A DNA stretch of 64,000 bases from Chrysomallon squamiferum (taxonomy: Eukaryota; Animalia; Mollusca): NCBI GenBank assembly GCA_012295275.1, contig CM022667.1, positions 7,750,001-7,814,000 of the forward strand. The letters run 5' to 3'. The position numbers were made by a program, and so were the translations under genes. Below, piece by piece: positions 1 through 14,452 of this stretch. Below the pieces are notes generated by a model. It did not search any database. It saw only the letters and a program-made list of their open reading frames with translations, and was not told where the DNA came from. The stretch's first letter is position 1. Each line of letters begins with the position of its first letter.

Positions 1-1
1 A

Positions 2-33
<32 letters not shown>

Positions 34-353
34 GTTGTTGTTGTTGTTGTTGTTTTTGTTCTTATTGTTTTCTTAATTTGCTATTATTATTATCGCCTTT
101 GTTGTCGTTTTTATTATAATGAATAGTAATAATATTATTACTATTATCGTTATCATTATTATTATTATTATTAACATTATTATTGTTGTTGTTGTTGTTA
201 TTGTTATTATTAATATCGTTCTCATTATTTTATTCTATTTCTGTTATGATTGGAGCCTTCTTTCTTTATTTTTATTTTATTTTTTTCTGTTATTATTATA
301 ATTACCGTTATCATTTACTATTAGTATTATTGTTGTTGTTGTTGGTGGGGGTG

Positions 354-388
<35 letters not shown>

Positions 389-837
389 TACTATGACAAC
401 AACAAAACTGCTAATTCGACTAACTACTACTACTACTACTAAGACGGCGACGACTATTTCTGTAAAATTAAAAAATGTGTTTGTGTTTACGCACTCGTTT
501 TTTAATTTCCAAACATTATGATGTTTTTAAAACAAATACTGTTTTATTAAACATTTCATAACTGTCCGTTTGTTTCCCTTTTTTCTGTTTTTATTAATCT
601 CCTAAATATTTCTTTTCACTTACGTTTCGTTTTTTCTTTCTTTCTTCCCCTGTTTTGTTTAATAATTGTTACAACTATTAAAAGTGAATATTTTATAGCG
701 ATAACTGTATTTATTTTTTAAATATTTATGTGTAAATGCTTTGTTTAAAATAATAAAGAGACATTCATGATGAAATTAATAAAATAAATCCAATATTAAA
801 ATCTTTATCAAAATAAACAACAATAAGAAGAAGAATT

Positions 838-838
<1 letters not shown>

Positions 839-898
<60 letters not shown>

Positions 899-906
899 TG
901 ATGATG

Positions 907-956
<50 letters not shown>

Positions 957-960
957 GATG

Positions 961-1006
<46 letters not shown>

Positions 1007-1030
1007 TAATGATAATAATAATAATAATAA
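839..1030. repeat. (TAA)n/(TGA)n microsatellite
   Basis: Direct inspection; source of the poly-I/poly-L ORFs. Confidence 0.95.
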
Positions 1031-1658
1031 CAATAAATAACAAATATTTCTTAAAGATAAAAGATAATACATTTTTTTTAAAAATCAAACAATAAAGCGG
1101 GAGAAGTATTATAATTATAAATCTTTCTCACTGTGGTTAGTATTGTGTTTTATAAGTCCAAAGTTAATGAAAAGAGTTTTAATTTAGTTTTTAGTTAACG
1201 CTGAAATTTGGTCTGCTGTGCACGCGACTCGGATAATAACATTTACTAGAACGAGCGGGAAATTGACAAAAACCTTTTAACCAACACACTTCCCCCCTTA
1301 CACACGTGATCTAGAATTTCTCAAGTTCATTAGCTGGAACAATCTCGGATTCCCGCCCTCTGCGCCGCCATTGTTTAAACAACAGAATATTTCTATTTTA
1401 TATCGTCACTGCCTACAAAAAAGCGTGTGGTAAGAAAAGAAACAAAAGACTTTCTATTAATGTACTTGACTTCGATGTCGTCTGCTCGAAAGTGACGTGA
1501 AAAGACATCGTCTGGGAAGGGGGGAGCGAGCTCGTGCGGCACGTCTGCTGGGTATGAGACAAACATGGGGGCAGGGATGGAATTTCTAGAAGGCTTGTCA
1601 TCGTTGTATTTACATGATGCGGTCATTAAACAATTCTTGTTCATAGGAAACTGTACTG

Positions 1659-1737
<79 letters not shown>

Positions 1738-2520
1738 ATTGATTTAAGAGAAAATTTTATGTTTTTTTTTTTTTTTTTTTTTTTTTTTAAGTATTTCTTT
1801 AGTTTTATTTTGTGTGAGCGTGTGACTGTATAATTTAATTTTTAAAACTGATTTTGTTTTTCATTTTATTCTGTTAAAATTTATTTCGTTTTGTTTTATT
1901 ATTTTATAAACAGATATTTTATTCGAAACATAAAATGAAAGCTTTGTAACCCCTAGCATAATTTAAAAAAGATAAACTGTTATTACTGTAGTAGTAGTTG
2001 TTGTTGTTATTGTTGTTGTTATAATTATTATTATTATCATCATCAGCAGCAGCAGCATTGTAATCGTAATCACCGTCGTCATCATAATCATCGTCACCGT
2101 TATTATTGTTATTGTTGTTGTTGTTAATGTTGTTGTTGTTATTATTACAAACAGTAATTTAAAAAGTAATAAATATGGATCCTAAATTTATTATTATGAA
2201 AATATCAGTTTTAATAAATAGTTGGAGATAAGTACAGAGATAAATACAGATAAAACTGATGATCTGCTTTGTTTTAATCTGAATAGTTTTATCTTTTCCA
2301 AGACGCAAATAAAATCTGACAGAGTATTGTGTGGCTTCAGTTTTCATTCAGGACAAAAATATACTTCAGCTGTAGACATTCTTTAAACAGGGCACTGAAT
2401 AGAAAATGTTATTCTAAAATAACAACAACAACAACAATAATAGCAGCTGTAGTAGTAGTAGTAGTAGTAGTAGTAGTAAAATAATAAAAAATAAACAAAT
2501 AAAAAGAAAAACCAAAATAA

Positions 2521-2551
<31 letters not shown>

Positions 2552-2793
2552 AATAACAGTGATAAATCTATTAGTTTTACATTATTCAGTCATTGCCGTT
2601 GTTGTTGTTGTTGTTGTTGTTGTTGCATTATTATTATTATTATTATTATTTTTATTTTTATTTTTACTATTTTTTTTTCCTGTTATTTATATTTGATATT
2701 TAAGCAGATAATTTTACAAATATATACTTTGATTGTTTATTATTGCTATTATTTATTACTTTATGCTATTGTTATTTATTTATGTAGTCGTTG

Positions 2794-2848
<55 letters not shown>

Positions 2849-3299
2849 CATCATCATCATCATTATCATTATCATTATCATTATTATATTATTATTATTA
2901 TTGTTATTATTATTATTAATAATAATATTATCATCATCATTATTTTGCTGGAGAATACATTCTTTTTTTCTTGTGTTTTTTTTTCTTCCTATTTTTGTGT
3001 GTGTGCACGTTTGTCTGACGTGAAATCAAAGTAAAATAATGTGAAAATAATTTGATGAGTATTTTCACAGCTGTATCGAGCTGTGTTAGGTTTCTAATAA
3101 AAAGATCTTCTGCTGCAGTTGTTCTGCATTATTTTCAATCTGCCTTTTAAATTCATCTTTTCCATCTCTTTTCTAAACCATCCGTCTTTTAGACGCTGCC
3201 CAAATCGTAACATTTACAATGCACTTTTTTTTTTTTTTTTTTTCACTTTAAAACACACATTTTTTTTCTTCTTCTTCTTTTTCTCCATCAATTATTAAT

Positions 3300-4200
3300 A
3301 GACGGTATTAAATTCAATTTCGCCGCCACTGCACCCATTTTTTCATTGTTCGTTGTGGGAAAAGATAAACAATATCAACTGCAATTGACACCAGAGCGTG
3401 TCCATTTCATTTAAACTTGTTGTTTCCAGTTTGCTTCACGTCACGAAGTTTCGCGAAGTCGCGCCGCCTATGGTTGATTGCCAGAGTTTGGCGGGTCAGA
3501 ATGTGCGACATTTATATGGTATCTGTTTTCTCCGCTTTCTCAACACGGCAATGATCGGCCGCTTCACTGTTTTCATAAGGTTTCGGTTGAAATGCGACAA
3601 AGACGCGGCACAATAAGCCAAATCACTTGAACAATTACAAAAAGCATATTCTATAAAACGTTGCATTAGCCACATTCATTAATTTGAGGGCGAGCATAAT
3701 TGCCTTGCCCCCACGGGAGATGCGTTCAGCAGCGTAAACACGACAATCGAGCGCGCGCAGTCTCTATTAGCCCGCCATTGTGCGCGCGAAGCATTCTCGC
3801 AATAATTAAGCTAGTTTCGCCATTGCGACGACCAACAGAAATTGTGATAATCTTTGATTAAGACGATCATAAAGACGTTATTTGAGCGAGAGAATATGTC
3901 CAAAAGCGAAATATGGGACTAGCTATCGCGGCGATATTGAGAAAAATTGCCCAAGCCATCAATCACTTTGAATGGGTCAAATCGTTAACTGCGCGATGAA
4001 TGCGAGGACACTAAGGCTGTCATTAAACGAGCGGCGAATTGCATTTAGTCCTGGCGCCGGCTTCACTGGAAGAAAGCCGCGGCAGATCCGCTGTGGGCTC
4101 GCACGTCGTCGTGAAGCATTACTCAAAGAAACATTACCACCGTGCTACATGCGTGACGTAATCAGTCGTGATAAGTTCACGTCATCGTTCTTCTTTTACT
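3300..4200. promoter_or_regulatory. CpG-rich non-coding island downstream of gene A, candidate enhancer/conserved non-coding element
   Basis: About 900 bp of high-complexity, CpG-rich sequence in a very AT-rich background. No convincing ORF; many TAAT/ATTG and CGCCATT motifs. Confidence 0.35.
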
Positions 4201-4757
4201 TCTCATCACATTTCTTTCACTCCTGTCTTATTTTTACTTCACCATTTTACCCTTCTTTCATTAATTGAAAAAAAAAAAAAAATCTTTTGAGAATTCGTAT
4301 AGTTTATAAACCATTTATATAATTATTTTTGGTGCTTATAATTATTACTTAGATCATTGATTGATTGTTTCATTCATTCATTCATTCATTCATTCATTCA
4401 TTCATTCAGTCAGTCAATCACATATCATCTGCCTAAACAATAATTTCTTTCCCAGAAAACTAATTTTTAAAAAATGATTGTAATAATTAATCTTTTTGTA
4501 ACTGATTAAACTTAACAATTCAGTTCATAAGAAATTGTGACTGCTAATCGTTAAATATAAATATACTGTTATTTATCTTGTCATCCAGTTAACAGTATTC
4601 TCTTTTATTATTATTACTGTTATCATCATCATCATCATCATCATACGGTATAGCTGTTATTGATGTTTTCTGTTTAATTATATTAAAGAGATGTAATTTA
4701 TGAGAGTAGAAAAAGAATACATCTAAACAGATAATTTTTATATAGATAACTAGATAT

Positions 4758-4803
<46 letters not shown>

Positions 4804-5584
4804 GTAGGAAGAATTAGAGCAAACCAATAAATTCGTTCAAATAAAGTTTCACAAATAAATTCACATTTCTGTTTTTATTAATTATAATATCAATATACGT
4901 AAAGCTTTTTATATATAATTAAATAAATATTTATTACATCGTATATTTACATCATACATATAACATGTATATACTGAATCACAAGTGACATATTCTATGT
5001 AACAATCAATCTAGAGGGTCGATAAATGACATATTTCCCTGATATTTAATGTAAATACGTCATCACTTTTGTGACGTCACACACTAGTCACACACTGATG
5101 CCAGCGCACTAGTTAATTATATAAACAACATTTTTAAATAATCTTACTGAAATATACTTTGTATTACTATCGTAAATCACTACTAATTCTTTTTAATTAT
5201 TTTTATTAAAATCTTTTCTTCATTTTTATGCGATTGTTTGTCATGTACCAATATGTTTTATGTATCTCGTCAGTCTAATTAAACTAAAAGACAATATCAT
5301 TTTATGTAAATAATGTATTACGTCATGTATTATTGTCACGTGACACGTTAATAAACAAAACAGTTATGTTCAGAAAGATGAGTATTAAGATTTATATTTT
5401 CGATGACTTTGAGAATGATAACTGAGAGTGTTTTAAATAAATAAATACCAAATTTTGTTTATTATAAATTTGAAAAAATTCAGTAGTCGTTATAGTGGTA
5501 GTAAATAAATAAACAAGTAAATAAATAATAGTAGTAGAAGTTCTAGTAGTAGTGGTAATATGAACAACATTAATAATAATGACA

Positions 5585-5643
<59 letters not shown>

Positions 5644-6796
5644 TAATTAATTAATAAATAAATAAATAAACTTTTTTTTTTTTCTTTCTATAACATTCTA
5701 TAAAAGTGACAAAATATTGGAATATTATTTTATATGTTATTTACAGTTACTGTTTTTATTACCATAATTCAAACGTTTTTCTAACAAACACAACGTTGGT
5801 GGTCTACTTAACATGATTTTTCTATCTAAAAGTAAATGTTTTGATTAATTATTTTTATAATCAGAGAAACCTGTGGATCTGTCAATTAGAATAAAACATG
5901 AATATTCAAAACACTCACATGAATATTTAACCATTTCGGTTTTTTATTTTATGATTATTGTATAATTTTCACATATCACAAAATATTAAATTTTAAATGA
6001 TAACATTTCTCTGTCAAGATATCCCTATGAACACTTGAAACTTTATTTATTTATTCGTTCATACGTTCCTGTACTTACTTATTTATGCACTTAGTTATTT
6101 ATTCAAACATTAATTTTATTTTTATCTATGCAACTTACATAAAAAAAAAATTAAAGTTTTTTTTAAAAAATTTATAATAATAATCAGAACAGTTTGAACA
6201 CCATATTATCACTAACGTATTTTTAAACATCAGTGTATTAACTAAATCACGCGTCTCAGTATTTAACCAGTCACAAAACGACCCCGAGTTTTGCGCGCCC
6301 CCACTTTTTCCTAACCCGAGCTGTTTTAGCAGCAAGGCACTTAAGACGGAGATAAGCGTTGTGTTCGAGATAGGAAATCCAATTTTCCACACTCGCCGAT
6401 AAACGAGACAGGCCCGAGTACACGGAGGGAAAAGAAAATTAATTGCAGAATATTTTTCTTGTCTCTTTCTTCCGCAGTTAGAGATAGGTATCAGCGACTC
6501 CTCTCTTTATAAATGATCGTGGCGAAGTCTGTTATTGATTGCAAGGCGCTAACTTTCGTTTAACATTTCATTACAGCGGCCCCGACGATTCAATTTGTTT
6601 TGGCGATAAGCGCTGGTCGATCTGACTTTCTTGAAAGTTTGAATTTGTTTCCATGCCAGAGTCGATCTGTCTTTCGGTCCCCGAGATGTTGCTGATGATG
6701 TCGGTGACGGTGATGATGATGGTGTTGATGTGAACGCTGATGTCCTGGGGCCGGATTCCGATCAGCCGATTTTAATTAACTTTCGTCAGCTATTGA

Positions 6797-7344
6797 TCAC
6801 GAGTAGTAGTGTCCCAGGTGTGACGTCATGTGCGACGCGTGGTGCGACATGCCGTGGTTGTGGATGTTGTGGTGGTAGAGGTTTGGCGGCGCTGACGGCG
6901 ATGACCAGTAGTTGGACGAAGATCCGAAGAAACCGGAAGTGGATGGAGGCATTGGCGCATGTGCGTTCATAAAATTTAACTTGGGGTTGTGGTGGTATAG
7001 AGACGTTGACGTCATGAAATAGTCTTGCTGGTATTTGTAGGCCGCGGGATCGGGACTCGAGGGCTGCATGGCCTGAGCCAGTCCCGCGAAGTCGAACTTG
7101 TAGGCGTACCTCTTGCCGTGGACTTTGGTCATGATGTTCTTGTCGTAGTAGTATCTGAGAGCACGGCTCAGTTTGTCGTAGTTCATGTTGGGTTTGCTCT
7201 TTCTCTCCCCCCACCTCCTCGCAACCTCGTCGGGGTCGGAGAGTTTGAACTCGCCGTTTGTCCCCTCCCACGTGATGCAGCTGACGTTGCCGCTGTCAGA
7301 CAACAACTCCAGCAGAAACTGCCACAGCTGAATCTGTCCACTCC
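6797..7344 (-). CDS. ERG: Gene A terminal coding exon: ETS DNA-binding domain plus C-terminal tail of an ERG/FLI1-type transcription factor
   Basis: Acceptor ttatttcgcag|GG AGT GGA CAG ATT CAG CTG TGG. Translates as (G)[85 protein letters not shown], the ERG/FLI ETS signature. It is followed by an ERG-like tail ([32 protein letters not shown]), TGA at 6797-6799. ERG versus FLI1 cannot be separated in an invertebrate. Confidence 0.97.
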
Positions 7345-7488
7345 CTGCGAAATAACCAACAACAAAACATTTATAACAAACAACAAACTAGTAAACAAAG
7401 TAACAAACAAACAAACAAACAAACAAATAAATAAATAAATAAACGTTCTTATTCATATTTCTCTCTGAATTTTTATTCATCATTTCTA

Positions 7489-7522
<34 letters not shown>

Positions 7523-7684
7523 GTAATGTTTAGTTTTGTTTAATGAAATTCAGATATTATTCTCTATATACTTTCAAATAATAATAATAATAACAACAAC
7601 AACAATAACAATAATAATAATAGTAATAAATTAATAATAAAAATTAATAATAATAATAATTATAATAATAATAATAATAATTAA

Positions 7685-7722
<38 letters not shown>

Positions 7723-7967
7723 TGAAGAAGAAGAAGATGATGATGATGAGGAAGAAGAATAACAACAGCAGTAGAGGCAAATCATAGTTCAGACATTGAT
7801 AGGAATAATAATAACAGACTATTACAAGATATAAACTGTTTGAAAACAAAACTGGGACCGTTGGAAAGGAACATCAGACAGAAAGATGTAAATATACTAA
7901 AATCAAGAAACAAAGAGTTTATCAAAATTTATAACATTTCATCACAGTTCGTTTAATATTTGTTCAT

Positions 7968-8002
<35 letters not shown>

Positions 8003-8802
8003 CTTACTTATTTTATTTTATTATTAATTAATATGCTGACATAACTAATTTCTTCACTGTCTTATATGTGATAAGGTTAAAACTAAACATTAGAAACTGT
8101 ACACGTTATCTCATCAGCTGACTAAACAAAAGTGAATGACCGACTTCTCTTTCAAATTTAACTAATAACATTTCATTAATCAACATAGCGTTACGCATCA
8201 CGTGACCACGTTCATCCGATCCCGCAGCAAAACACAAAACAGTTTCTCCTCTTTAAATAGAATTACTTATCATCTTTGACTGTGAAATAGAAAACATAAT
8301 TATTCTTTGAAAATCTCTTCTTACAGAATTATCTTAACACAAAGCGCAAATAAACGAAGTTTGTAAAAATCTCTTTCTCTTTCAAACGTGCACTGAAATC
8401 TGTGCGTGACGGCGGGTCGTCATTGCGTGATGAAGTGACGAGGTTATTGCCAGTGAATCCAGGGGCAACGACAGCAGTAATTGTCTGCAAACTCGCCGCC
8501 TGTGCTGCAACATGCGTCACACGAACCAGATCGTACTGTTAATAAGACCAAGAGTGAACGAATCAGTGCTTCACACGAACCGCAATTTTGTCTTCTAACA
8601 CATTATCTTTCAATTTGCATGTAGTTTAGTGTGACCCCAGAAACAGCGAGATTTTTATACTAGCATCTTCTTTAGATTTCCTTTTTCTTCAGTAGTTTAT
8701 TTATTATTTATTTGTGTTTCTTATGATGATGATGATCATTTACTATTATTATTATTATTATTATTTAATATAACTATTATTAATATTATTATTATTATTA
8801 AC

Positions 8803-8874
<72 letters not shown>

Positions 8875-10525
8875 ATTTTACTATTATTGTTATTTAATAT
8901 TTTAATTAATACCTTTTATTAGGACAACATGCTACTACATGAAGAAGATCCACTGTTATTTCTGTTAGTACTACTACCACTACTGCTACTACTGTTACTA
9001 CTACTACTTCGTCTTCTACTACTAATAATGATAATAATACTAATACTACCACTACCGTTACTACTACTATTAGTATTATTATATTACTACAATAGCAACT
9101 GCTAGTACTACTATTACCACTACTACTGCAGTTACAATTACTGCTAATACTACTGTATCACTGTTACTAAACCACTACTACTGCATCCTATACTTTATAT
9201 TATACTTCAATTATTATTAGTTCGTCTACACAGAACCCATTTGTGAAAATTGATTTTACAATTTTTAATTTTTAATTCTGGTCGTACACAATTTAAGGTA
9301 GAGAAGAAATTAGTCATTTGAACAATAAACAAACAAACAAACAAACAAACAACACACTATATATCTTTAGTAAACTCGACAGTAAATTTATTTTTGAAAG
9401 AAAAAACTACGAAATGGTATGTTTGTATTCATTAATGTCGTATTTAAACTGTTAAAAAATTATCAATTTCCCCATGGATATTATTATAAAAATCAAGTTT
9501 TACATTTTGTTTTAGAAAAATAAATAAATAAATAAATAAATAAATATATAAAAATATCATAAGACAAAATGGACCAAGGTTAAAAAAGAGTTTAAAATAA
9601 AAAATAAAATAATTTAACAAATGATAATAATAATAATAGTAACAACAACGACAACGACAGCAGCAACAACAACAACAACAACAACAGTAATAATAATAAT
9701 AATAATATCAAAAATAATTTTAAAATAATATTTTAAAATACGAGAAAGCAACAAGGAAAGAAAGAAAAATATTAAAAGAAATATTCATGACAACATAATT
9801 AGCTCAAATGTCGGTATTTCTTTTATTATTATTATTATTATTATTATTATGATTATTATTATTATTATTATTATTATTATAACATCTATGTTAACTTATA
9901 CAGTTATAGCTGAAACAAAACAGAAATGTTTTTTATATAAAAAGGTGCACAGTGACACGCACGAGCAGGTAAACAAAAGCAAACAAATCAAATTTCCGTC
10001 ATTTTAATCTTGTTCATTTCAACATGGCCGACGTTTCGAAACGTCGCTTGTCGCTTACTAATCTCCAACAACCATTCTAAATCTGACAGACCAAACCAAC
10101 CCATAATATTTTGAAATATTAAAAACAGAAAACGGACAAAAGGCAATTATTTTGTGTAATACAATAGGCTTTTATCGGAGTGTGTATGAAAACACGTTAG
10201 AGAAGTTTGGTATTGTCGCGAAACCCTGTTTCACCTGTGTATGATTCAGTGTCGCGCTTGTTAATCTCGGCCTTTTTGTTCAAAAATCACCGGATAATAT
10301 TCACATCGGTAAAAACGCATTTGACAAGTAATGAATTACAGGAAAAATCTGACATTCATAAATTGCGTTTTAACGCGGAGATCAAGGGAAAAATTTGTTT
10401 TGTACGACGAAATATTGTTTATAGATAGAAAATGGCGGTTAAAAGTGACTCGATTTGAAGTGGCAGACGTCTGAAAATGACCGCATAGCGCGCGCTCTTT
10501 ATTTTTAGATTTTAAATGTTCTGTA

Positions 10526-11070
10526 CTCTTCGACATTAGTGTGTAATGTTAGTATTTATTTATTTCATTATTAAGTAAAAATAAAATCTATTATAGAAAT
10601 AATAAACACCTCCACATTATCGTATAATATTACCATTTATTTATTTTATTATTAAATAACAAAAATATCTATTCTAGAAATAATAAACACTCCACATTAT
10701 CGTATAATATTACCATTTATTTATTTTATTATTAAATAACAAAAATATCTATTCTAGAAATAATAAACACTTCCACATTATCGTATAATATTACCATTTA
10801 TTTATTTCGTTACCATTCTAGAAATAATAAACACTTCGACATTAGAGTTTAATATTACTGTTTATTTATTTTATTATTAAATAAAAATAATATCTATTGT
10901 AGATATAATAAACACTTCTACATTAGAGTTTAATATTACTGTTTATTTATTTTATTATTAAATTAATATCTATTGTAGATATAATAAACACTTCTACATT
11001 AGAGTTTAATATTACTGTTTATTTATTTTATTATTAAATAAAAATAATATCTATTGTAGATATAATAGAT
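10526..11070. repeat. AT-rich minisatellite, ~72-bp unit, about 7 degenerate copies, in the last intron of gene A
   Basis: Recurring atctatt(c/g)taga..taataaacacttc.acatta...taatattac..tttatttattttattattaaat. Confidence 0.85.
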
Positions 11071-12254
11071 ATTTCTTTAGCTTTTAATTTTAATTCTTGC
11101 GTATTATATTCATTTTACATTTTTTCTTTTTCTCTTGCTTTTTTTTTGTTTTTAATTTATTTTAAATTTTATAATTTTAATGATCACTATTATTATTTTT
11201 TATCATGTTTCTTGGCTAAAATATTTTTATGAAATGGAATACAATGAAAATAAATTTTTAAAACCATTTCTTAATGATTTCCGGTATTTAATTATTAGCA
11301 TGTTTTTTAATTAAAGATATTGCTTTATTTCATAATTTTTAAAAAAAAAAAAAAGAAAAAAAAAGAAAGAAACAGAAACAGAAAAGGTCAAACATATAAC
11401 TTATATTTGAATTTATTTATGTTTTTGTGACTTTTGGACATGTCTGTGTATGTGTGTGTATTTTACATTTTTTATAAAAGTATTTTAGTGTAATTTATTA
11501 AGTGGGTTATTGTTTCATTGTATAAGTTAATTTCATTAAACACGCACACACCAGCACGCACACGTGAACATCTACGAGCGCACACACATACATATTTATT
11601 AACAAAACTTGATTAACGAAACATATTTCAGTGAAATATTTAGTTTACTTAGTAATGAAATTCAATGAATTTACGAGAAACAGCCAAAAAATAAACAGAA
11701 CGAAATGTCTTTATAACGAAACAAGATATACATGTAAAATAGATAAAGAAAAAACAAAAAACAAAGAACTGTATATCGGTAACATGTTGTAATAAAACAA
11801 ACAAAATGGCGCGGTCTGATTCACCGCAGGAGATTATAACTAATGAGAAATAATTAGAATATTTTAGTTAACAAGTACAATCTTTATCTAATTCATTAAA
11901 CTCTGTCAAGCTAATTTTCACTTTTTTTTTTATTCTTATCACCTCTAAATTCGTGTGACGTTGAAATAACTCGATTGAAATTTAACAGAGATATTGATTT
12001 GATCTTTGTCTCTCTCAATAAAACATTTTACTGTTGTGAATGACAAGTTAGCAACACCATTTATTATTTAATTATGTAAAATATAATAACAGTGCAAATT
12101 ACCCAGAAAAACTTGAAACACAATTAAATAAATATAAAGAAATGGACAATGAAAATATTTTATATATCTCTTATCCGTATTTTATTTTATTTATTTATTT
12201 TTTAATCTTATTTATTTATTGTTGTATGAAATGACAGAATTATGCAGAAGTAAA

Positions 12255-12341
<87 letters not shown>

Positions 12342-12663
12342 AATGTTAAATATATTGCTCTTTCAGAATTCACAAAATATATATAAACAACAACAACGAT
12401 GACGATGATAATGACAAATCAAAATTCAACGGTGAATGAATAAAAATGTCTTTATACATATTCTTTTGTTTTATATTTATAATTATTATTATTATTATTT
12501 TTTTATCTTATATATTTATCACAGATTAAATAAAATCAATTTAGAAAATATTTAAAACGTAAGTAATACAACAACAGTGACAACGACAACAGCAACATCA
12601 TTCATAATAATAGTAATAATAATAATTGTAACTGTAATAATAATAATAATAATAGTAACAAAA

Positions 12664-12697
<34 letters not shown>

Positions 12698-12967
12698 TAA
12701 TAATAATAAAAATAATAATAATAATTTAAAATAATAATAATAACAGCAATAATAATAATTTCTCTTCTGTTAATATAATATGATCATTTTTTGCTTAGTT
12801 TTATTAAAAATAAAAGAGAAAGAAAACTTGTAATTTAAAAACGAGATATTTGTTTAACTGAAACAAGTTCTGTTTAAATCTGCTGAAAGCAGAGCGCGAT
12901 GTTTAATAACACAGCCAACACATAAACAAATATTTGTAATAGAGATCTCAGTCACGTGACTACTTAC

Positions 12968-13042
12968 CCTGGGGCCTCCACGGCGTGTGTGTGGTGTCTA
13001 GCGGTGATTTGGCTATGGGGGGTAGTCCGTTGTGTGGATAGT
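12968..13042 (-). CDS. ERG: Gene A internal exon (75 nt, phase 1-1): (Y)YPHNGLPPIAKSPLDTTHTPWRPQ(G)
   Basis: tgtttttacag|ACTATCCA...CCCCAGG|gtaagta. Open frame, ends in RPQ like the ERG segment before the ETS region. Same length and motif pattern as gene C exon 63201-63275. Confidence 0.88.
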
Positions 13043-14408
13043 CTGTAAAAACAAACAGAGGGGGGGTTAGAGCGCGTGCTGACCCCAACTAAATAAAGGT
13101 CACGCCCTGGGGTGGGGCTTAGTGACGCTGTTAAAAGTAATCCAGAGGCAGTAATGAGCGAGTAAGCAGCGGAATATGGTGGGTGTGTCTCACTGCGGGG
13201 GTCCGCTTACCCTGGAAGATAATTTACCTTTGTTAACGGTGAACTGTGATCCAATAATGAGATGTTAGCCTGACTGAGGGAGTGAACAAACAAGGTGAAA
13301 TGACGTCAGTTGTGGTTACCTCACAATACAACTCGGAAATGATATCAGGAATTAAAAACCTTTTTTAAAAATCACACTCTAAACTGAAATCAATATGTAA
13401 CTTATAATACACAGCAAAACACATATTTATAAAGAAATACGATTTATAGAATTGTATAAAGGAGAAACTTCCGTTTATTAAATTAAATAAATAGTTAATA
13501 ATATTTATAATTTGGATTTTGCCATATCAACAATTATTAATTTACCATTTTTTTTATTTTATTTTTTTCCCCGTTGGCAACTTAAACAACGAAATCGATC
13601 ATAAAACGCATGATTTAAAGTCCATTAAACTAAATATTTTTATATTAAATGTACTGTAATTGTAAATTAATATAATAAAATATAATATAACATAATATAA
13701 TATAATATAATATAATATAATATAATATAATATAATATAATATAATATAATACAATACAATACAACAAGTGCTCGGTAACAAATTGTAATATAACATAAT
13801 TTAACTCTCGAAGTTTGTCTGAACCAGTAAATATACACATGTATTTAAAATACAAAGAAAAAATCTCTAAATATATAAAATATACACAGATAACTTGTTA
13901 CATAATTTCAATAATAAAATGACCAAGAAATGAATAACTAGTAACAAACCCCCAAAAACCCATAAAAATAAAACGATATACACATAAAAATATTTGTAAT
14001 GTAAATCTACACTATCTTTTTCTAATAAAAATATCATTTGTCTAAATCTAGCTAGTGCTTAGTAAACAAGAAATATTTTTAACACTTTCTCATATCAGTA
14101 TTTCATTGTAGAGCTGTCAAAATTAAGACATTACTGAAAATAGTTCTATACGTTGACATAAATTCGCTAAGTTCAGTTAATAATGTTATATAAGATTAGA
14201 CAAATATTTTCAGAATTACATTTCATATTATACATTACCTTAACCTTGCAATATGATGTTGAGTAATAAAATATTTTATATCGTAAAAACTATTAGTAAT
14301 GATTTATGTTAATAAAATAAATATTGTAGAATTATTCATTGATGAAATTAATGTCTGTAGCTGTGATTACAAACACGCGCACACAAGCACACGCACACGT
14401 TGCTAGCG

Positions 14409-14452
<44 letters not shown>

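Noticed and set aside
119-1095. Poly-Ile/Leu/Val/Tyr ORFs here and throughout the track (e.g. 14949-15750, 37171-37628, 49830-50594)
   Set aside because: Translations of (TAA)n/(GTA)n microsatellites; no splice or protein-family support.
1393-1644. 83-aa minus-strand ORF in a GC-rich block
   Set aside because: No recognisable motif and no convincing splice sites or partner exons; more likely regulatory DNA.
6730-7438. Overlapping alternative-frame and antisense ORFs over the ETS exon
   Set aside because: Shadows of a GC3-rich real exon.
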